64,000 nucleotides of DNA from Tubiluchus corallicola (Eukaryota > Animalia > Priapulida). The stretch spans positions 988,066 through 1,052,065 of the forward strand of contig JAQGDQ010000011.1 in the NCBI GenBank assembly GCA_030141605.1. Direction: 5' to 3'. Shown in pieces: positions 40,764-55,127 of this stretch; position 1 is the stretch's first letter; every line of letters starts with the position of its first letter. The notes beneath the pieces were generated by a model. It was not told where the DNA came from. It did not search any database and saw only the letters and a list, made by a program, of their open reading frames with translations. The position numbers were made by a program, and so were the translations under genes.

Positions 40764-41499
40764 TTTTAATATAGGAGACAAATATTCGCCTAATGCATTT
40801 TTTAAACTGCCGATCGTTTGTGGTCATATAACTTCTTCCGGTAGAAAATTCCATTGATCTATTTCGGCGTTTTGAAAAGCTGTGTTTGAATCATTCTGTG
40901 TTAACTCTGCACTTGTAAAGATTGAGTAAATGACCTCTGGTGCAAGTTTAACTTAAGGTGAAGAAAGTTTAATGATTGATATCTGTTAATCATAGTTATA
41001 AATATAGACATAAATCCGCATAAGAAACATCTCAGTGAGTCTACAAAAAGAGATTCTATGGAGTCCAAGATGTTGCAATTTCGCAGTATATATGATAAGT
41101 TGCCTAGTCCATGGATAATGTTTACTGCACTTTTTACCACTCTAAGATGTCGATAGTTATGCTTAGTTAATTTAAGTTGAAAACAACAAGTCGACATTTC
41201 ATCAGCTTTCCTCACTTAGACATAACAAGCATTAATTTATCCACCTAATTAGTCATGGTTATTCAAATTTTCCATTTTTTACAAAACAAAATACGACTAA
41301 CCTTGGTCTCTTGGGAGCATAAGTGGATGATGGAGTTTAATCGTACAATATGAAATTATCTCTCAAAATCAAACCATTCCTGAAGATATTTATATACTCT
41401 TGATGGACGTACATTAATGCGATTGGGTGCAAAATCAAATGATCTCTGCTGGAACCGTCACTTAAATCGAATTACTTTTAAAACCAATAATGCTTTAAA

Positions 41500-42200
41500 C
41501 TTCTTGAGGTGATCAAAACATCAATTGATGTCAGTGATCCTAAGGTGAAGCCTATATTGCACTTGGGCAGTCCACCCTGAGGCAGTGCTAGGCTGTCTGA
41601 GGAAACAGTTTAGCGTAGAGCAGCAAGATTTACACTATGCCGGTATCATTCCACTTCCAGCGTACTGACGTATTACAGACACTTCACTGGCCACTGGAGG
41701 GGTTTTTGGCAGAAAATGGTTTGCGTGGCTAATAATGTTTTACAAGATAAATCGCCATTTGAATTGTTGCTGGCCAGGTGCTATTAATGTCAAAATTCTT
41801 CAACTAGTACTGCGCGCAAGCATATCACACACCATTTTGCACTCGTGACTACCTCAAGCACACATTTTTCATACTCACCGTACGTAACTAGAATTCACTA
41901 AAGGAGGTAATGTCTCAAGCAGTAGCCATTAGTGCACATTTTCTACCATAGTCCCTTGATGGATATAGTACTCCACTGAGAGATTGTCCCCTATTGCATG
42001 GACCACTGTCCCACTATTTTCACTAATCACTTCTTCAGATGCCTAACTTTTCACGTATCTTTTAACCATTCTCTTTCTACTAACTGTTTTTAGCATGTGC
42101 ACTTATATCGGATCAGAGTCTTCAAGTTGAAGTTGGCTTTGTTGGAACAAGATAAGATAAGTCGAGAGGGCTGACAAAATATCAACTTGTTGTATTCAGT
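41500..42200 (-). mobile_element. Highly degraded RTE-like LINE relic
   Basis: Fragmentary matches to the KYLGSVISE.G and RIL.I.WP..ISN motifs across frameshifts. Confidence 0.35.
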
Positions 42201-42844
42201 GCCACAGTTCATCAGTGATTTAGTTAGTTAGACCTAGACTCCTATTCTTATATAGGAAGATTCACTTAATAGTGATAAATGATACCTGAAGTTTAAAATT
42301 TTATATAATAGTGATTGCTGATGACAGGATAGTCTTACCCTAGAATTCCTAGGTCCAGAATGGGTGAATAGCTAAGCACAGACATGCCGCCCATAAATCT
42401 AGTTTTTGCCTTTGGGCTTCTTATCTATAGAATCTCTACCAGAAAATTGGTTTCTGAATTTTATAACTTCAACATGTTTGAAAAGAGCCTAAGCAGATAC
42501 CGTCTATTACTAGCAGCACTTGAGCAATCATTTCTTTCTCGTCAAAACTGGCCATGACTTCTTGTCTCCACACTAAATGTTTAACGATTTAGATGCCTTT
42601 AAATTCACATATTATGACTACACTTTAAACAGTGTAGACCTTGATTTTGGTTATTATGTCAGTTATGTGTGACAATCCCAGTGATAAAATAATTGTTCCG
42701 ATTTTAAAAAACTAGACTTAAGTTCTTTTAACTGAATGATTTGATTAGCTTATTTGATTTTTTCAGGAGGTGTTTGAAGATGCTTATTTCACCAGTAAGG
42801 CTTGTCTGAAAGTTAGTCTTCTTAATTACAAATGATGGTCAGCT

Positions 42845-44852
42845 ATGTCATCGAAGCGCAAACAGGGTGGAACTGAAATTGTTGACAAAATATTTAATTC
42901 TTTTATCGCAAAGAAAATTCAAGAAATAGATGCGGCCCCGGCAATTAAGCTTGATTCTGTCGTCAACAAAGAAGAACTAGTAACCAGTTTTGCTGGTAGC
43001 CAAAACTCTCGTGAAGAAAGTTCACCTATAAATGAGGTTTGTGAATACAGTGGTGCTAGTACTGGTGAAATTGATAGAAAAGAAAGGAAGCATAGGAATC
43101 CCTCAAAAAAGAAACATAAAAAGAAACACAAACACACTGATAAGGAAAAGGAGCAAAAAAGTAAGAAGCATAAAGACAAAAGTCACAAAAGGTTCCATAG
43201 TAAAATAGAGGAAGTCAATGAGTGTGCCGCTAAATGTTTAAAAAAGAACGAGACCATTTTTGTTACTGAAGAGGAAAGTGCTGATAAATGCTCTGTGCAA
43301 GAAAGCTATAGTAAAAAAGCAGAAAGTGTATTACCTGCACAAGGAGTTCCTCTGAAACGTAACAAGAAATGTAAAAAAAGTGGTAAAGCTAATAGAAAGA
43401 CTAAGCACAAACATAAAGTTAGGCCTAGGCAAGAAAATCACTCAGATGATGATAGCATTGCAGAAATAAATGTGAGCGGTGATGAACCTAGAAATGTTAA
43501 ACCAAAGTCACGTTGGATGGTTTGCGATGTAGATGACGGTTACGAAAATGATTCACTCACAATAAACAAACACGACGATGAAGACAGTTGGATGCTGTTT
43601 GACAACGATGAAGACGATAAGAAAAGTGACGAAAAACTTGCGAAGATACAAAAGATTGCTGAAAAGACGAAAATACTGCGCTCAGAGTCGACTGAGAAAA
43701 AAGCTGATGCTAATGAAGCCTTTGCTGTTCCAGCTGTGTGGCGTGTAACAACAGTTGTTTCAAAGTCACCCAGTCGTTCTAGTCCAATTACAAACGTTGA
43801 AAGTGAATCTAAAAAAGGCATGGATAAAGCTTCTGAAAAGCCTGGTTCTTCTGAACAGAAAGTCAGTGTACCCTCAACTAGTTCAACTGCTGTCGTAGCT
43901 GATAAGAAAATACTTTCCTTCAAACCAAAATCTGTTCTAGTCGCTTCCCTGAAAGATAAGATAAAGACGGAATCTAACGAAAGTAAACTGGTAAAGAAAC
44001 AGGCATGTGCAACTAAAGGTGCATTTGACAAAGCAGAGAAAGAAGAAATTAGTCAAAAATCGCAAATGAAAATCCAGATCAAAGATCTTAAAAACGCTGT
44101 TATTTCAGAATCTTCCGAAGTAAGCACCTTCCAGGTGAAAGACATTAAGCAAAATGACAGTGATCAATCTAGTAGTGAATCAGACATAAACATAGATGAC
44201 TTGGACGACACAGATGGTGAGATATCAGATTCTGATAATGATGAAGCTACAGTTCACGATGTGACAACTTCTGTTAAAACGAGAAAGAAAAAACGCAAGC
44301 ACAAACACAAGAAGAAAAAGAGTAAGAGCAAAGATAGGGACAGGTCATCAACAAGAAAATCAGTGAATGTGTTAAGATCAAAATCCCGTTCGCCAAGACA
44401 TTCGAAATACTCTAGATCTCGATCGCGCTCCCGTTCGTCATCTAAACATCATTCTGCTTCTTACAGACGTTCAAGATCACGATCTAGATCACCCTCCCCA
44501 TACTCACATCATCGAAAATACAAGGACAACCGTCGCGGAAGATCTAGTTATACAGATTATCATCAAAGACCATCCCGAGGAACTTGGGAACGATCGCGAT
44601 CCAGATCCTCGTCTCCCAAGTTTTACGCCAAGCGTCATGCTCTTCGAGACGACAAACAAGCCCATTCAAAGTCACCTGTTAAAGATGCTCGTGAGAGAAT
44701 CGATCAAGTGCGGCTTCTGAAAATAGCCAAGGCCAATCTAAAGTGCCTCCAGGCAACTGGTGCTCTTCCTGCTGGGCTCAAGCTGCCAGATTTGAAACCA
44801 GACCAGATGGCAATGATTCAAGCAGGTGGCAAAACCGTGGAAGAACTCACGA
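42845..44852 (+). CDS. SON: Protein SON homolog, coding exon 1 (N-terminal motif, K/H-rich and RS regions)
   Basis: IVDKIFNSFIAKKIQEI resembles the SON N-terminus; RSRSRS tract; RLLKIAKAN; upstream acceptor tttttcag at ~42766; donor A|gtaagt. Confidence 0.88.
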
Positions 44853-44891
44853 GTAAGTGATACTATAAAATGATGTTATTTAACTACATTC

Positions 44892-45357
44892 TAGGCCTGT
44901 AACGATACACCTAAGTCACGATACGATACATCTCTTGATACTTTATCACGATACACCTGAGTTAATGTTTGCAAGCTTTATAAAAAAAACTAGTTGAAGC
45001 TGTTGATAACAAATACTAAACTGTTTGATTTTCTTTACTTATTTACTACTTGTGTAGTGTGTAGGCTATTTGCATTGTAAACCACCAGAAAAGCAAACCT
45101 TACCTGTGCTTTAGGTATAAAAGTTGCTTGTGCATTTTCTGGTTCCCTTTTGTCATTTCACAAGTTTATGTGCAAATAATGTAATTAGCCTACCATAGAT
45201 TAAACACCTTGCATTTTCAATTGCTTTGCCTGCTAGCAGTGCCCGTGTCAAGTCAAATATCATTGACTCATATTATCACAATATGCAATAAGCAATATTT
45301 GCTTTGGCAATAAGCATATCATAATGAAAGATATCACAATGCATCGTTACAGCCCTA
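44892..45357. mobile_element. hAT-like MITE in a SON intron
   Basis: TIR TAGGCCTGTAACGATAC / GCATCGTTACAGCCCTA; TSD not clean. Confidence 0.7.
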
Positions 45358-45524
45358 CAGTGCATTCCTGCATTTGTTTTACAAATGTCTATAAAGTAAA
45401 TGTCACTTTGTTAGATAATTGTTTTTATCAATGTTATTACAGATTCTTTTTATGGTGATAATTACATTGATGATCTCGTTAGAAAAATGCATCTTAACCA
45501 ACAAAACTTTGTTATTCTCATCAG

Positions 45525-45667
45525 ATGTTTGTAAGAAATTAGTTAATAAGGAGAGCGGCGAATCAAATTCTGACTCTGCGATATCGAACTCTGAGGATGA
45601 AGACTTGAAAATTCACCATCCATTTAATGTCAAAGACAAAGAACCTAATTTTGTTTTAAACATTCGG
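45525..45667 (+). CDS. SON: SON coding exon 2
   Basis: cag|..|gtaagc; (N)VCKKLV...HHPFNVK...VLNIR; phase 1-0. Confidence 0.85.
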
Positions 45668-45721
45668 GTAAGCATTTTACACATGGAAAACTACTTACGT
45701 AAAACATTTCGTCTTACAGTA

Positions 45722-46117
45722 CAGTAGATGCTGCATAATAAAACCACCACAGGACCAGCGGTCTTAATAATGGCAGTTTTATTCAGGTGTATATGCAGAG
45801 CAATACAGAGCAAAACAATGAATCTTAATTTTCAATATGACTTTGACTAAGATCCGGGTAATCTAAGAAACAGAACTTAAATTTCAATTGCAATCTTAAA
45901 AAATAGACAAGCTACCAAAAATACATTTTATTTTTTCATTTTGTTATTGCTTTTGTCGCCTATTACTGAAAAATGTGGTCTTATTAAACGGCTCACTGAT
46001 TTTATTAGCTGAATGTTCTTAACAATAGTTTCTATGAGGTAATTCCAAACAATTCCTAAATGCTTCTTAAGTGCTTCTGGTTTTATTACCCGTGGTTTTG
46101 CCCAGTGGTTACTACTG
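45722..46117. mobile_element. Degenerate Tc1/mariner-type MITE
   Basis: TA-CAGTAG ... CTACTG ends; internal TAATAAAACC/GGTTTTATTA inverted motifs. Confidence 0.4.
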
Positions 46118-46361
46118 TGTTACTATTTTCATTTCTTCTTCAAAGTCTATTTCTGTGTTATGATACAGTTACGGCTCATTTTCTTTGTTCAGTAAATTTA
46201 CCTTGAAATGTAGCATTGACGTTTTATCTTGATTTTTATGTCAATAGCAACTGCCGGTGCTTACCGTTCATGCACTCAGGTCTTGGGAATTGCCATTTTA
46301 CTTTATTCGTTTGTCATTTTCTCTTTTCGGTTAATTATTGTCAAAGCAAACAAAATTACAG

Positions 46362-46512
46362 AATGCTCGGCAAATGCCAACGACTACAAACATTCAGCGT
46401 ATCACAGACCAAGCCGGCGCACAACTCCGACTACAATTCCCGGTATCGAGTGGCAGTCAACACAGGATGAAGGAGTTGGAGTGGGTGCCTGTTGAAAAAG
46501 ATGAGTCAAAAG
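46362..46512 (+). CDS. SON: SON coding exon 3
   Basis: QFPVSSGSQHRMKELEWVPVEK, a SON signature motif. Confidence 0.9.
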
Positions 46513-47471
46513 GTGTCAATTGAACTTCTTGTTTTTATCTTAGTAACATGTGTCCTCGTTTATATAAATATCTCGTGCATTTGTCAAAGTAGTGAAATTT
46601 TCTATCACGTATAATAATTAAATACTATTTTATACACACTGTTAGTTGTTGTTGAGACAGATTTCAGTATCATGGTCATGTTACTTCACTAGCTAACACA
46701 AGGTATCGATTGTTATTTATTATGCGGGTTGTGCAGATAAAATTTGCCAAGGTTTAGATTACAATATGATTAGTAGCAATTGCATTACAAAGTTGAAATT
46801 TCACAGTGTGGTATTGCAGTACATTGAATTTTGGCTATAAAAGTTACAAGTTTATAGTTTTAGTGGTTTTTGAGTTATGGCTGAAAGGCTTTTGCATGTT
46901 AAAAAAAAATGCTGCTACAATTAATGTCTACAATCTTTGCTACAGCGTAGAAACAACCAAGCTGATGAATAAAGCAGTCGATACATGCTATCAAAATATG
47001 TCGAGAAAAAAGTAGGACTTAATCTTAGAATTAAAATTAGTACTCAATTTTTGATGTTGATGCATAAGCATCTGTAACATCAGTGTGGTAGTTTTCAAGC
47101 GTTTTTGTTATTTTGCTGTGATGATGTCATGATCAAAACTTCTGCACATTTTTTCATCAAATTAATTACAGTTTTATAATCTTAATTTTAAAGGTGTCAA
47201 TTAATGGTTGAATAAATCACACTTATCAAAGTTAGAAATCACAACTTTACTGAAAGAAATATGAGAAGGGTTACTACTGAGGCAGAGACATTGTTGTGAG
47301 GGTGTTGTTATTAAGTGACTACTTTAATAAGCCTATAACTTAGACTGAATAAGTTAGAATTAGTTCCTAGTTTTTACTTCATCAATGATTTTGTTCAAAA
47401 AGCTTAGTTGAACATCTTCAATAATATATTCTTTTCAACTCGTAATAATATTTTGTCATTGCTTCTTACAG

Positions 47472-47737
47472 TTGTTGTGAAGAAAGACACGAAAGCCCCA
47501 CAGCCCACACCAGCTGAGAAGAAGCCACCTCCAGCTGCCAGCACCGACTTTGCCCTCATGCCTCCTCCACCAGTACCTAGCAGCAGCAGTGCACCTGTGA
47601 CAAATGCAGAGGTACCTGTTACTGCACCTGTGCCACCTCCATCTGTTGTAACGGCTGCCATTGCCGCAGCACAGCAGCTGGCAGCAGCTTCTGCTCTACG
47701 TCCAGAGGATAAGGTTTTTGAAGACCAAGCACCTGTG
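47472..47737 (+). CDS. SON: SON coding exon 4 (Pro/Ala-rich)
   Basis: ttcttacag|..|gtacgt; phase 1-0, consistent with neighbouring exons. Confidence 0.8.
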
Positions 47738-48623
47738 GTACGTTAATCTGCTATTTCTACTGCGACAACTAGATAATCAACAAATTATTAATAGTATTTT
47801 CACAGATTTATGTCTTTTTAAATAAACAGTTCAATTACTCACTTTCTTCAGATGGAGATGTTTTTATTAACGAATTATTAACTCTAAAGCACCACTACTG
47901 AGTTACAGCACATTCAGACTGGCGAGTTTTCTGTCTCAAGCTTTCTCTCTGACAGCAAACTTACAAGTGTGAACTGCTTTGCGAGTTACCTTCGACAAGT
48001 TATTGGAGAACTACTCCATTTTATCAACTAGAGAAATTTAGTCTAAACATGGGCAAGCAATGAATCACCTTGGTCTGACTGCCTTCTATCAGTTTAGTTG
48101 AATAAATTACTACCAGGATATTATCTTGGTTAAGTAGTGGGCTTCATTTGTAGAGTGCAATAAACGAGATTAGCACTTAAAGTAAAGCAAAAAAATTGTC
48201 GTTAAAATGAAACGTGCAACACTAAGTGAAAGTATGTGAATTAGTCTCAAAAAATTATCCTGATTAAGCGACGACTTGCTGTACATTTTGGTCCTGCTGC
48301 ACCTTTTTGTCAAACGTTTTGGTCCTACTGTGCCTAACCTGACACAGATAATTGATTCTGCTGCTAAGCACTGGAATCCGTTTTTCAAATTCTGTACAAA
48401 AATGTTGTGCTTGTAAAAGGATCCTTTCATAAAGTAATTTGTAATCATTTGCAAATTTGTTCACAATTCCCTGGCTTGCTCTGTGGTATGTGGAGTGGCA
48501 TTAGTGGACTGATTGTTTGAGTTGGTGCTTGTATTTCTGATAGCTTTTACTGCTGTTTGTTTTCTAGTGAATACTGTACCAGTATGGTGTAGCAACTGTT
48601 CAAAGTTTTGTTTTCATTTACAG

Positions 48624-48734
48624 GCTGTTGATGTCGGATCAGTTGTTGCAGAAAGACTGGCAGCAATGCGAAAACTGCAAGAAAATCCAAATGATGTGGA
48701 GGCTATGAGCAAAATGTATCAGTCTCAACAAATG
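48624..48734 (+). CDS. SON: SON coding exon 5
   Basis: VDVGSVVAERLAAMRKLQENPNDVEA; cag|..|gtatgt. Confidence 0.88.
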
Positions 48735-49022
48735 GTATGTCACTTTAGCTTAAATTGGACGTTACTGGTCAATTACTAGCATGGCGGTTGTAGCTGTGAA
48801 AATTTTCGCAGAGGGACAGTTACAGTCTGCAGATGGCTTTGTAAAAAATCTTGTTCATTGAAGCAGAGGAATTGATTTTAGCAGATATGTTAATAAGCAG
48901 GCGTAGTCATACTGTCATCATTGTTGTCGTGGTTATCATCGATTATCATCATCATTTTAGTGTGCTTTATTCTCATTTTTTATCATCATCGTCATTATTA
49001 TATTTCGTTTTCTATATTATAG

Positions 49023-49148
49023 ATGCAGTCATGGGTTCAGTCTAAACAACTGCCTGGTCAATTCATCGGCAGCACCGGTGCTAACATTCTTAGCCGACAG
49101 GAACTTGGTGATGACCACAAAACCGGTCGACAAATTTGGGCTAAAAAG
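49023..49148 (+). CDS. SON: SON coding exon 6
   Basis: WVQSKQLPGQFIGSTGANILS...WAKK; tag|..|gtttgt. Confidence 0.88.
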
Positions 49149-50149
49149 GTTTGTGTTTTTATTGTCGATAAGCTGCTAGTTAATAACATAGCTTGTCTAC
49201 AACACGTTGTGTGTACCCTGACAGTATTTGTGCTTTGTATAGCTGCTTTGCAAACACATTGTTCTATGTGTTATGAACTACTTAGTCTCTTCTTTTTTTA
49301 GTAAGGGAATGAGGGATAATCATTCGTTCTTATCGGCTTGTAATGTCTCTTGTTAGAAGTGATGGTGTACATGGAAAGCTGCCGAGGTTGATGAAAACAT
49401 TTTTAAAGATTTTCTGATGTTTTGTCGAATGCTTGAGTTGCAACATGAATCATTTTTCTGTTTGTGTGAGTGTTGTATGTATACTGTAGTGAATGGACAA
49501 TGTTACTTTTGTAACAAATAAATAATTTGTTTTGCTTTTAATGTTGTTATTCTAAAAACTTTCCCCTTGATCCCCTCTGCATTTTAGCGAGAAGATGCGT
49601 ATATATGATCTTCCTCTTTCCTATGTGAGGATAACGCATGAGTAACATATAAATAAACTTTTATAATGTGTTTCGTAAAATCCAAGCTTTGCGTGTGTGT
49701 GTGAGTGTGTATGTGTGGTAACCCTTCATGAGCTACCGTATATACTCGCATATAAGCCTACATCGCATATAAGCCGACGCCCTAAAACTGCTTTAAAATG
49801 GCCAGTTTTTGCAAAAACCCGTATATAAGCCGACCATCAACTTGTCTAATTTTACTCCATACCCAGTCAACAAAATTGATCCCTTTTTGTCACATTTTGT
49901 TAATTGGGTATTTTTGGTTCATAGAAATTTTTTACTATAAAGATGTAAAATGCTTACTTTTATGTTACATACTAGAAGAAACAGAAGAAATTATACATTT
50001 TGATATGAATAAAGAAGAAAATATTTTGTTTTCTATTTATTCACAAAAAATTATAACATTTCTGTTTATAATTTAACGTAGTGTTCTTAAAAATAATTAG
50101 AAACCTTCAAAATCATTGTCACTACCACCCTCATCGTCTGACTCACCAA

Positions 50150-50354
50150 CGCCAGTATACATGCGTGTTGTTAGTTTTATCAACTTTACCCCTTTTGCAA
50201 AGTTGCTCTTTTGTTTTCAGCTTCTTTGTTTTTGCGTTGCGCTCATCTTTCTACTTATAACCTCGTTGCTTTGCGAGTTACAATAAAGTTGTTAAATTTA
50301 TTCTTGTCGTCTTGGTGTTTGAGACAAAGCTGGTACATTCTTTAATTAATGGCG
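50150..50354 (+). repeat. 5' LTR
   Basis: No difference from 55909-56113 seen by eye. Confidence 0.95.
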
Positions 50355-50562
50355 TGGTGGCTGCCGGTGTGACTACGAACTACGTACTCAGAAAAGCCAG
50401 TGGACCTTATAATTGGTTTGTCGAGAGTGTACATACATCTGTCTAAATCTAACCAAAACCAGTCAGCTTATTCCATAGCTGCAAAGACGTAAGAATTCAA
50501 ATTTATCAGCGCAATTTTCGAAAGAACTAGTATTAATAAACACCCTCAATTTGTGTTAGAAT

Positions 50563-51213
50563 ATGGCCACTACTCGTGCTCCAAAACAGTGGTGTCTGAC
50601 AAAACAAGAGACAATTACATCATTTGAAGCATGGCGCCAAAATTTGCAATACACTCTATCGCTAGATCAGAATTTTGCAGAATTTTTAGTTGAAGGTGCG
50701 ACCTGGCATAAGAAAACAAATGCAGCACCTTTACGACGTCTGCAAGATGATGATGAAAACGTTCCCATTGCAAACCGCCGAACAGCCGCACAAAAGACCA
50801 CTCATCTGGACTTAATGCTGGGACAGATTGCCAACTATTGTCCGATTATTTCGAGAAATTCCATTGTCAAAAACTCAACATCATTGACTCGTATATGGCA
50901 AACAATTAGACAGCATTTCGGATTCCAAACAACAGGTGGTCATTTTTTGGATTTTAATAATATTCATATGCAGCCAGACGAACGTCCAGAAGATCTTTTC
51001 CAGCGTTTAAATAGTTTCATTGAGGATAACCTCTTAAGCGCTGCAGGTGGTATACAGCATCACGGTGAGAATCCAATTAGTGATGAGGAAATTACACCTA
51101 CCTTAGAGAACCTAATCATTCTGACTTGGCTTCGACTTTTACATCCTGGGCTACCCAGCTTAGTCAAGCAAAAGTACGGTACAGAGCTAAGATCAAAACA
51201 CTTGCCTCACTGA
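50563..51213 (+). CDS. Gag N-terminal part (frameshift at ~51196 A-run into gag-pol)
   Basis: 216-aa ORF after the PBS; ELRSK|TLASLKPE would be continuous with one extra A. Confidence 0.8.
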   Translation: MATTRAPKQWCLTKQETITSFEAWRQNLQYTLSLDQNFAEFLVEGATWHKKTNAAPLRRLQDDDENVPIANRRTAAQKTTHLDLMLGQIANYCPIISRNSIVKNSTSLTRIWQTIRQHFGFQTTGGHFLDFNNIHMQPDERPEDLFQRLNSFIEDNLLSAAGGIQHHGENPISDEEITPTLENLIILTWLRLLHPGLPSLVKQKYGTELRSKHLPH

Positions 51214-54200
51214 AGCCAGAAATTTCATTGGCACTAGATTCTTTGCTAGAGGAACTTCAGGCATCAGCCGATGCTAAAGTGTTACGCACAGCCTTCCAAC
51301 AGTTTCCAGATTATTCCAAACGCAAACAGCCGTTGATTCGGAAAAAGCAACCGCGTCGTTCAACAAAAATTTGCCCGTTATGCAAACAAGCGGGTCGTGC
51401 TAAATTTCAACATTTTCTCGGTACGTGCCAGTACCTACCAGAGGAAGATAAGGAATATTTTGCCAGAGCCCGTCAGACCATCAGCTTTGAGGAAGACTAC
51501 AGTCAAGACAGTGCAGATAGTTGTCATAACATTGACACAACAGAGCCTGACGCCGGTGACGATGATGAGTGTGCTTCCCATAATCTCCGTTGTGTGTCTA
51601 CCGCACATCGAGTCAGCACAAAACAATCTCCTCATTTGAAAGTTTTCTACAAACATCATCCAATCTACATAACCCTAGACACGGGTGCTGAAACCAGCAT
51701 GATCAAAGAAGCTATTGCCCATCTAATTGGTGTTCCTATTCAGCAAACTACACAGTCCGCTTTGCAAGCTGATGGGGTTACACCATTGGACATCATAGGT
51801 GAAACACGCATAACCGTTACTCGAAATGCTCACAATCTCTGTTTAGAAGCCCTAGTAGTGCGTCATTTGGATGTTGATATCTTGGCTGGAACTCCTTTCC
51901 TCATAGCTAACGATATCTCAGTTCGTCCCGCTCGGAAAGAAGTTTGCATAAAAGGCTCAGACACTGCTAAATATGATATTCCCCCTGCCAACACCTCCAA
52001 AAGTAGTATTTGCTATGCCCATGTTCTGCGTGCACCCTCAACTCCTACTATGATCTGGCCTGGCGAGTACTTAGAGTTATCAGTCCCCTCTTCTGTGGAC
52101 CCTGACAGCCCTTTAGCCGTAGAGCCTCATACCGACTATGCCAAAACCACCTCACTATGGCCTCAACCTGACATAATTGAAGCTGTAGCAGGAAAAATCC
52201 GCATACCAAATATTTCTTCTGATCCACTTACAATACCCAAACACGCACACATTTGCAAGACCTCTTCGGTAACTAGTTCCAAACTTACTACTAATAGCCA
52301 GGATTCCCAAAACCTACCCCAGGCTCAAATGCATAACGCCAAGCAGAACCCACCAGTTTGTTACTCAGATGCCGTCACTGTTGACCCAGATAACATCCTA
52401 AGCCCGCAATCTCATGCCAACTTCAAGAAGCTACTACAAGACTATGATGGCATTTTTAGCCCCAATATCAGTGGATACAATGGTGCTGCTGGCAAGTTCG
52501 CATCCAAAGTCAATATGGGTCCCGTACAGCCCCCACAGCGCACGGGCAGAGTACCTCAATACTCACGAGATAAACTCATAGAGCTGCAAGCAAAGTTTGA
52601 TGAGCTTGAAGCACAGGGTGTAGTCCGTCGCCCTGAAGATGTTAATGTTACTGTCGAATACCTAAACCCCTCATTCTTAGTCAAAAAGCGCAGAGGTGGT
52701 CATCGTCTTGTAACAGCCTTTTCAGATGTTGGCAGATATAGCAAGCCCCAGCCATCTTTAATGCCTGATGCCAACACTATCCTACAAACTATTGCCCGTT
52801 GGCGTTACATCATTGTATCTGACCTAACTGATGCTTTCTATCAGATTCCATTAGAACATTCTTCTATGAAATATTGTGGGGTAGCTACTCCATTCCGTGG
52901 CATCAGAGTGTACACCAGATGTGCCATGGGCATGCCTGGTTCTGAAACGGCACTAGAAGAATTAATGTGTCGGATCCTCGGTGACTCTCTCCAAGATGGC
53001 TTTGTTTCTAAATTAGCAGATGACCTCTATTGTGGAGGTGATACCCCTGAAGAACTCTTGAACAATTGGCATCGGGTTCTTGACGCTCTTCACAAGTCTA
53101 ACATCCACTTATCTCCCACAAAGACTATCATCTGTCCAAAGTCAACCACCATACTAGGATGGATTTGGACACAAGGCAACATTGCCGCTAGCCCTCACCG
53201 CATAGCCACCTTATCAACATGCCCTGCACCAGATACAGTCCATGGTCTTCGATCATTTATTGGTGCATATAAAGTACTTGGACGTGTCTTACCTGGCTGT
53301 TCCCTTGTGTTAGCCCCTCTAGAGGATGCCATCGCTGGACTGCAGTCACGTGACAAGCTGCAGTGGACCGATGAATTACACCACCATTTTGCCGCTGCCC
53401 AAAAGGCTCTATCTATGCACAAATCCATTATTTTACCAGTACCTTCAGATCAGCTGTGGATAGTAACTGATGGATCTGTCACTAAAAGGGGAATTGGTGC
53501 TACTTTGTATGTTACCCGCACTTCCAAATTATTTCTTGCCGGATTCTTCAGTGCCAAGTTACGCAAACACCAGGTTACATGGTTACCTTGTGAGGTAGAA
53601 GCCTTGTGCATTGCTGCTGCTGTCAAACATTTTAGTCCTTTTATTATACAGTCGACTTCTCACCCCTGCGTACTAACGGACAGCAAACCATGTGTTCAAG
53701 CTATAGAAAAGCTTTGTAGAGGCGAATTTTCCGCCAGTCCTCGTGTCACGTCATTTTTATCCACCGTAAGCCGCTACCAGGTAACTGTCCGGCACCTCTC
53801 AGGACATGCCAATATTCCTTCGGATTTTGCAAGCAGAAATGCACCTGAGTGCAACGAACCACATTGTCAGATCTGCTCATTTATCATACAGACCGAAGAT
53901 TCTGTTGTCCGTTCCGCCTCAGTGCAGGACATCATCAATTGTACTGCTCCATTGCCCTTTACCACCAGATCAGCAGGGAGGGACATCCAGTCTGGCTGTC
54001 CAGATTTGCGTCGCACTCATGCCCACCTTCGGCAAGGAACGCGTCCGTCAAAGAAATGCACTAACATCAAAGATGTTAAAAGGTACCTCAATGCCGCTAC
54101 AAGTGCTAAGGATGGCTTATTGGTTGTGCGTCGTCATGAGCCATTGCACCCTTCCATGGAGCTCATCGTGGTTCCACGTTCTGTTCTGGAAGGCCTTCTC

Positions 54201-55127
54201 ACAGCTCTTCACATAAAGCTTAGTCACCCTACAAAGCATCAGCTTCAGCTCGTTGCCAGGCGCCACTTCTTTGCTTTAGACACGTCAAAGTCCATTGATC
54301 GAGTTACTGACTCATGCCACATGTGCTCGTCTCTGAAAAAGTTTCCCCAAAGTCTTATTAGCCAGTCATCTGATTCTCCTCCCAATGCTGTTGGTCTGTC
54401 CTTTGCTGCGGACATTCTTAAACGTCATCGCCAACTTATCCTAGTAGTGCGAGAAACATCCACTTCTTATACGAATGCATGCATCGTGCCAGATGAAAGA
54501 AGCGACACCTTTCGTGAAGCTCTTGCTTGCCTTTGCTTAGATCTTCACCCTCCAGATGGCCCTCCTGCAGTAGTCAGAGTGGATCCTGCTCCTGGCTTTC
54601 GTGCTCTTTCCAATGACAGCACTCTTCTGCAACTTGGTCTTTCTCTGGAAATTGGACGTATCAAAAATCCAAATAAGAACCCAGTTGCAGAGCGTGCGAT
54701 CCAGGAATTGGAAGAAGAACTTTTGCGCCACAAACCTGGAGGTGGACCCGTATCCCGTTTAGGTTTGTCTATGGCTCTCGCTCGCCTAAATTCTCGCATC
54801 CGCCATGGCGGTTTGTCCTCCCGGGAGTTATGGACACAGCGCGACCAGTTCTCTCATGATCAGCTACCCATTTCTGACAGAGATACTATCATATCCCAAC
54901 ACATGCAGCGCCAGGCCAATCACTCACACAGCGAATCCTCTAAATGTCCCAGTAGACGAAATCCTAATCACCCTGTTATCAATATAGGAGACTTGGTCTA
55001 CCTTTACTCAGATCGCGATAAATCCCAGGCACGCAGCAGGTATCTTGTCACTGGTATTGATGGGGAATGGCTCTTTCTAAAAAAAAATTTACTGGTTCGC
55101 AATTGCGTGCCTCATCTTATAAAGTAA
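51126..55127 (+). CDS. Gag-Pol polyprotein: Cys/His knuckle, aspartic protease, RT, RNase H, integrase
   Basis: CPLC...HFLGTC; LDTGAE; [22 protein letters not shown]; VTDGS, EVEA, TDSKP; H..H..C..C, FAAD, RVDP, PVAERAI. Confidence 0.92.
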   Translation: MASTFTSWATQLSQAKVRYRAKIKTLASLKPEISLALDSLLEELQASADAKVLRTAFQQFPDYSKRKQPLIRKKQPRRSTKICPLCKQAGRAKFQHFLGTCQYLPEEDKEYFARARQTISFEEDYSQDSADSCHNIDTTEPDAGDDDECASHNLRCVSTAHRVSTKQSPHLKVFYKHHPIYITLDTGAETSMIKEAIAHLIGVPIQQTTQSALQADGVTPLDIIGETRITVTRNAHNLCLEALVVRHLDVDILAGTPFLIANDISVRPARKEVCIKGSDTAKYDIPPANTSKSSICYAHVLRAPSTPTMIWPGEYLELSVPSSVDPDSPLAVEPHTDYAKTTSLWPQPDIIEAVAGKIRIPNISSDPLTIPKHAHICKTSSVTSSKLTTNSQDSQNLPQAQMHNAKQNPPVCYSDAVTVDPDNILSPQSHANFKKLLQDYDGIFSPNISGYNGAAGKFASKVNMGPVQPPQRTGRVPQYSRDKLIELQAKFDELEAQGVVRRPEDVNVTVEYLNPSFLVKKRRGGHRLVTAFSDVGRYSKPQPSLMPDANTILQTIARWRYIIVSDLTDAFYQIPLEHSSMKYCGVATPFRGIRVYTRCAMGMPGSETALEELMCRILGDSLQDGFVSKLADDLYCGGDTPEELLNNWHRVLDALHKSNIHLSPTKTIICPKSTTILGWIWTQGNIAASPHRIATLSTCPAPDTVHGLRSFIGAYKVLGRVLPGCSLVLAPLEDAIAGLQSRDKLQWTDELHHHFAAAQKALSMHKSIILPVPSDQLWIVTDGSVTKRGIGATLYVTRTSKLFLAGFFSAKLRKHQVTWLPCEVEALCIAAAVKHFSPFIIQSTSHPCVLTDSKPCVQAIEKLCRGEFSASPRVTSFLSTVSRYQVTVRHLSGHANIPSDFASRNAPECNEPHCQICSFIIQTEDSVVRSASVQDIINCTAPLPFTTRSAGRDIQSGCPDLRRTHAHLRQGTRPSKKCTNIKDVKRYLNAATSAKDGLLVVRRHEPLHPSMELIVVPRSVLEGLLTALHIKLSHPTKHQLQLVARRHFFALDTSKSIDRVTDSCHMCSSLKKFPQSLISQSSDSPPNAVGLSFAADILKRHRQLILVVRETSTSYTNACIVPDERSDTFREALACLCLDLHPPDGPPAVVRVDPAPGFRALSNDSTLLQLGLSLEIGRIKNPNKNPVAERAIQELEEELLRHKPGGGPVSRLGLSMALARLNSRIRHGGLSSRELWTQRDQFSHDQLPISDRDTIISQHMQRQANHSHSESSKCPSRRNPNHPVINIGDLVYLYSDRDKSQARSRYLVTGIDGEWLFLKKNLLVRNCVPHLIK

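Noticed and set aside
42919-44031. Minus-strand ORFs opposite SON exon 1, and similar ORFs opposite the BEL and Gypsy pol genes
   Set aside because: Antisense shadows of real coding sequence.
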